A DNA stretch of 63,701 nt, the filler included, from Hausera hauseri (Eukaryota), in NCBI GenBank assembly GCA_046269625.1. It is 12 parts of 12 records of this genome, joined end to end, with 100 filler letters (N's around TTAATTAATTAA, not from the genome) between each part and the next. Parts side by side here need not be neighbours in the genome. Positions count along the whole stretch, not along the records: positions 57,988 to 63,701 come from JBJURY010200526.1; 11 more parts are not named here. One strand, given 5' to 3'. This document shows positions 60,118 to 63,701 of the stretch, piece by piece (the stretch's first letter is position 1; each line of letters starts with the position of its first letter). The position numbers and the translations under genes were made by a program. The notes under the pieces were generated by a model that searched no databases, had not been told where the DNA came from, and was given only the letters and a program-made list of their open reading frames with translations.

Positions 60118-63100
60118 CTAGCGTTGTCGTAAATTGTAACGTTTATTGAGTTGTATATCTGTCTTAACGACTCTCTGTACTGATATGACCTCTTCTTTCC
60201 ATGCTTGTTAATGTACACCGTAGTTAGGGTAACTTTAGTAACTTCATATGATCCTTTGTCTGCACGAGTCAGTTTTAACGACATTCCTTTCTTATCTACC
60301 GGGTAATGTATATAAACCCAATTCCCTTGTTCTAAATCGTGTGGCTTTGCTTTTTTATCGTATTGCTTTTTAAACTGTTCTTGATATTCCTGGGATAATT
60401 ATTTGGCAATCTTCCAACAATTTCGTAGTCGCGTCTGTAGCACTTATGCAAAATTCTGTTCTAAATCTTCGGGATTAAGCGCGTATGGTGTCATTCCTAA
60501 ATCTGTGGGTAACACAGCTACACGTCCATACATCATGAAGAATGGTGTAAATCCTGTTGCTGGATGTGGTGTTGTATTAATGGCAAATTAAGTTCCTTCT
60601 AAAAATTCGTCCCAATCTTTTTAGTCTTTGGCTACTACTGTGGATAATATGCGTATGACGGTTGCGTTCATTCGTTCAACCATTCCATTACATTGAGATG
60701 GTATGTGGTGGTAGTTAACCGCTTAATCTGAAATATTTTAGTAATCTTTTCAAATAGTTCGATAGTAAAATTTCTTCCTCGGTCTGTCAGCATTTGATCT
60801 GGGGGTCCATATCTACAAATAATTCTTCTCAATACAGCCTCTGCTAGAGCTTCTGACTTTTGGTCAGTCAAAGCGACTAACTCGACAAAATGAGTTAGCC
60901 GATCAATACAGGTTAATATATATATTATTCTTATGGGTCGTAGGTAGTGGTTCTACAATATCCATTGACATGGCCTGCATGGGTCTATCTGGTACGTTGA
61001 TTGGTTTTAGTTCTGCCATGTAATTTTTTGTCTTTTTCTGTTTGGTCGCACATACTTCACAAGCATTTACCTAATTCTTCACATCAATATAGGTACTAGA
61101 CCAAAAGTATTTAATTATTATTCTTTCCAGCTTCTTTTTCTATGACGTGTCCTGCTAAATATGAATCATGTTCTGTCATTAAAACTTCGGTTCGTAAACC
61201 TTTTGGAATAACTATCAGTTTCCTTCCTTTCCGTTCGTAATATAAAATATCTTCACTGCTCTTGTCATTCAAGACACAGTATTTAAGTCCGTGTTTGTGT
61301 AAATGTTTCTTTAGTTGTTGTCTTTTTGGTATGACGTCCCTTTTGGCAAATTCTATAATCTGCTGAATAACTTTATCCTTTCTTTGTTCTGTTGAGATTT
61401 TAATTGCTTTATCCAATGCTAGGGCACGTTGGTGGTCTATTATTTCCTCGAGCTGAGTTTTCTTTATAACAGTAATTGCACTTGTCTTAGTTTTTAATCT
61501 CGATAGTGCATCAGCATCTACGTGCTTGTTTTCAGGCTTGTACTGAAATTCGATATTGTACCTAGAGATTTATTCAATCCATCTGTTAAGTCTACACGTC
61601 GGATTATTTCTCGTCCTTTTAAGGTCGTGACGGCCTTGTGATCAGTAACACGTATGATTTTCTGCCCGTACACATAAACGTTAAAATGCCGCAGCGCTTC
61701 TTTAACGGCTAAAGTTTCTAATTCAGTAATGAAATAATTCTTTTTGGCTTTTTTCAAGGAACGTCCCCCATAAGCAACTGGGTGCTCCAACTTTTCATCC
61801 TCCAGTTTCTGAGCTAATTCGTATCCAATACCTTTTTTAACGGCGTCTATCTTATTTATGAATGGTAAATTGAAGTCTGGATATCGTAAAACTGGTTCGA
61901 TTGTTACAATTTTCTTCATTTCGTCGAAAGCCTTTTGTTCTACGTCTGTCCATTTCCATTTAATTCCTTTCTTAAGTAAATGATATAAAGGTGCATTAAT
62001 TTTCGAATTATCTGGCACATAGGTGGCGTAATATCCACATAAACCTAGCCAGTGTCTTAATTCTTTCTGATTCTGCGGCTCCATGCAATCTGATATCGTG
62101 TTCAATAATGACTTATCTGGTTTCGATCCTCCTTCTCCAACTATATGGCCAAGGTTGGATACTGAATTTTGAGCCCACTTACATTTCCTGGGGTTTAATT
62201 TTAATCCTGCTTATTCTAATTTCATCAATGTATGCTCAATATCTTTTAAATATTCCGCTTCTGTTTTGGACGCTATCATTACATCATCTAAGTATGCAAA
62301 AGCGTGGTCTTGACCCATTATCATTTTATTTATCATTCTTGTAAAAATAGCTGGTTCAGTGGTAATACCAAACGGCATTACATTAAATTTATAAACACCA
62401 TCGTGCGTTTTAAACGCGGTTTTATAGCGGTCTTCATCCTCGATTTCCACTTGCCATTATTTAGATTGTAAGTCCAGAGTAGTAAACCATTTTGCTCTTG
62501 AGAGCCTATCCAAAACTTCTTTTACTGACGGTAACAGGAAAGAGTCTTTCATCATAATGTTATTCAGTGCTCTGTAATCGATACAAAATCGATGTTTCGT
62601 AGTACCTTTCTTCTTAACCATAAGAATTGGCGAGTACCAAGATCTGTAGCTGGGCCGAATGATATGGGCTTTAAGCATCCGTTCGACTTCTTTTGTTATC
62701 TCAGGTCTTAGTCAATGTGGCGGAGGACACCATTTCGGCATCTTTTGATCTTCAAGATCTATCTCCTCATTTGAACCAGGCTTTTTCTTACGTGGCATAG
62801 TCAATTTTAAAGCTTTTGCCCTACAAATATCCTCGTTGTTTTTAGCAATAATTGATTTATAGCGGCACAATAATTTATAAAATCGGCAGTAATATTTAGG
62901 TGAAAACTTAGCTTCAACATGAGGTGGGAATTCGGAATACTTGTAAGGCTTTTCTTCAGTAGTTATAGACGACACTCTATACGTATTTCCTAAAGTAGTA
63001 TAAGCATGAAGCTTGACGGGGGTCGGTGCATTATTTGCTATTCTGATCAGTACACAACCAGACTGAACCCTTGTCAGTATGTTACTGAATATTATGTTCG

Positions 63101-63701
63101 GATTTAATGTCTCGTTTAGTTCGAAATATACCGGTTGATCGTCATCTTGTTGAATTTGCGTGTAAATTATTATCTCTGTTCTGGGTGGAATGTTTTCGTC
63201 TACTGGTATCCACACTTCTCCAAATTTCCTATCCTTTGCGTTTTTACGCCTTTATTTGGTCTGATTTCTATTAAATTTCCTGTTTGCAAGTCAATTGCTA
63301 TATTATGTAGTCTTTTCAGTGGATTACACCCTAAAACTACATCGTCAGTTAATTGTTCCGTAACTGTAATTTCGTGACGGAAAAACTGTCCAACTATTTC
63401 AACTTCTGGGTTCCATTTGAACATCGGTTTCGACATTTGGCCAAAGGCTCTTGTGCTTCCGGAATCTTTTGTAGATGGTGGATATAACTGTCCTCTTAAC
63501 GTTTGAGGAATTGAATCATTCATAACGTAAGACATTTCAGAACCTGTATTAATTAGGGCATAAACTTACCAGTCTTCAATAATGATTTTGGCGAATGGTC
63601 TTCCTTTTATTACTGTTCCAAAACGGTTTGATGCAGCTTTTGGGCGTTTGGTAGCCGATATTTTATGTCCGTTGATTCGGATTTCCGAGGAGGATACTAC
63701 G
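60118..63701 (-). mobile_element. pol: Decayed Gypsy pol (PR-RT-RNaseH-IN), same family as 11563-13850
   Basis: LINTGSEMSY, RFCIDYRALN, YLDD, TELETLAV, HDSYLAGH, CEVC, MLTDRGRNF, and the IN tail RYNLRQR*. Nucleotide-alignable with fragment 3 into the env-PR linker. Confidence 0.95.

Noticed and set aside
1-63701. Species assignment (AT-richness and ~50-nt introns would fit, for example, a flatworm)
   Set aside because: No diagnostic marker that I can verify without a search.

Overview
This window is not one locus. It is 12 short fragments (about 4-7 kb) of an AT-rich animal genome joined by artificial 100-bp spacers (N44-TTAATTAATTAA-N44), so nothing can be inferred across a spacer. It is dominated by mobile DNA. 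The main signal is a family of 'complex' Ty3/Gypsy LTR retroelements seen in five fragments. One carries an uninterrupted >1,850-codon ORF reading Gag capsid - CCHC knuckle - ubiquitin-like/AT-hook spacer - internal signal peptide - chuvirus-like (class III, gB-type) envelope glycoprotein - TM - aspartic protease, so env sits in frame between gag and pol. A second, divergent, decayed copy has the same env-PR-RT-RNaseH order. Related copies carry accessory ORFs after integrase: a type-I membrane protein with FN3-like motifs and a catalytically dead REX4/ISG20-like DEDD exonuclease fold. One LTR contains an array of about 8 covarying bulged-A hairpins. Also present are Maverick/Polinton remnants (two decayed protein-primed PolB genes, four AGTAG-ended terminal repeats), Chapaev3-like, mariner and Tc1 remnants, another Gypsy 3' end, and host gene pieces (Cdc25, ELAV/Sxl-like RRM, a DDX6-Spt5 chimera, single RPS16 and FTSJ1 exons). 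All family assignments come from motif recognition and manual translation; no searches were run.
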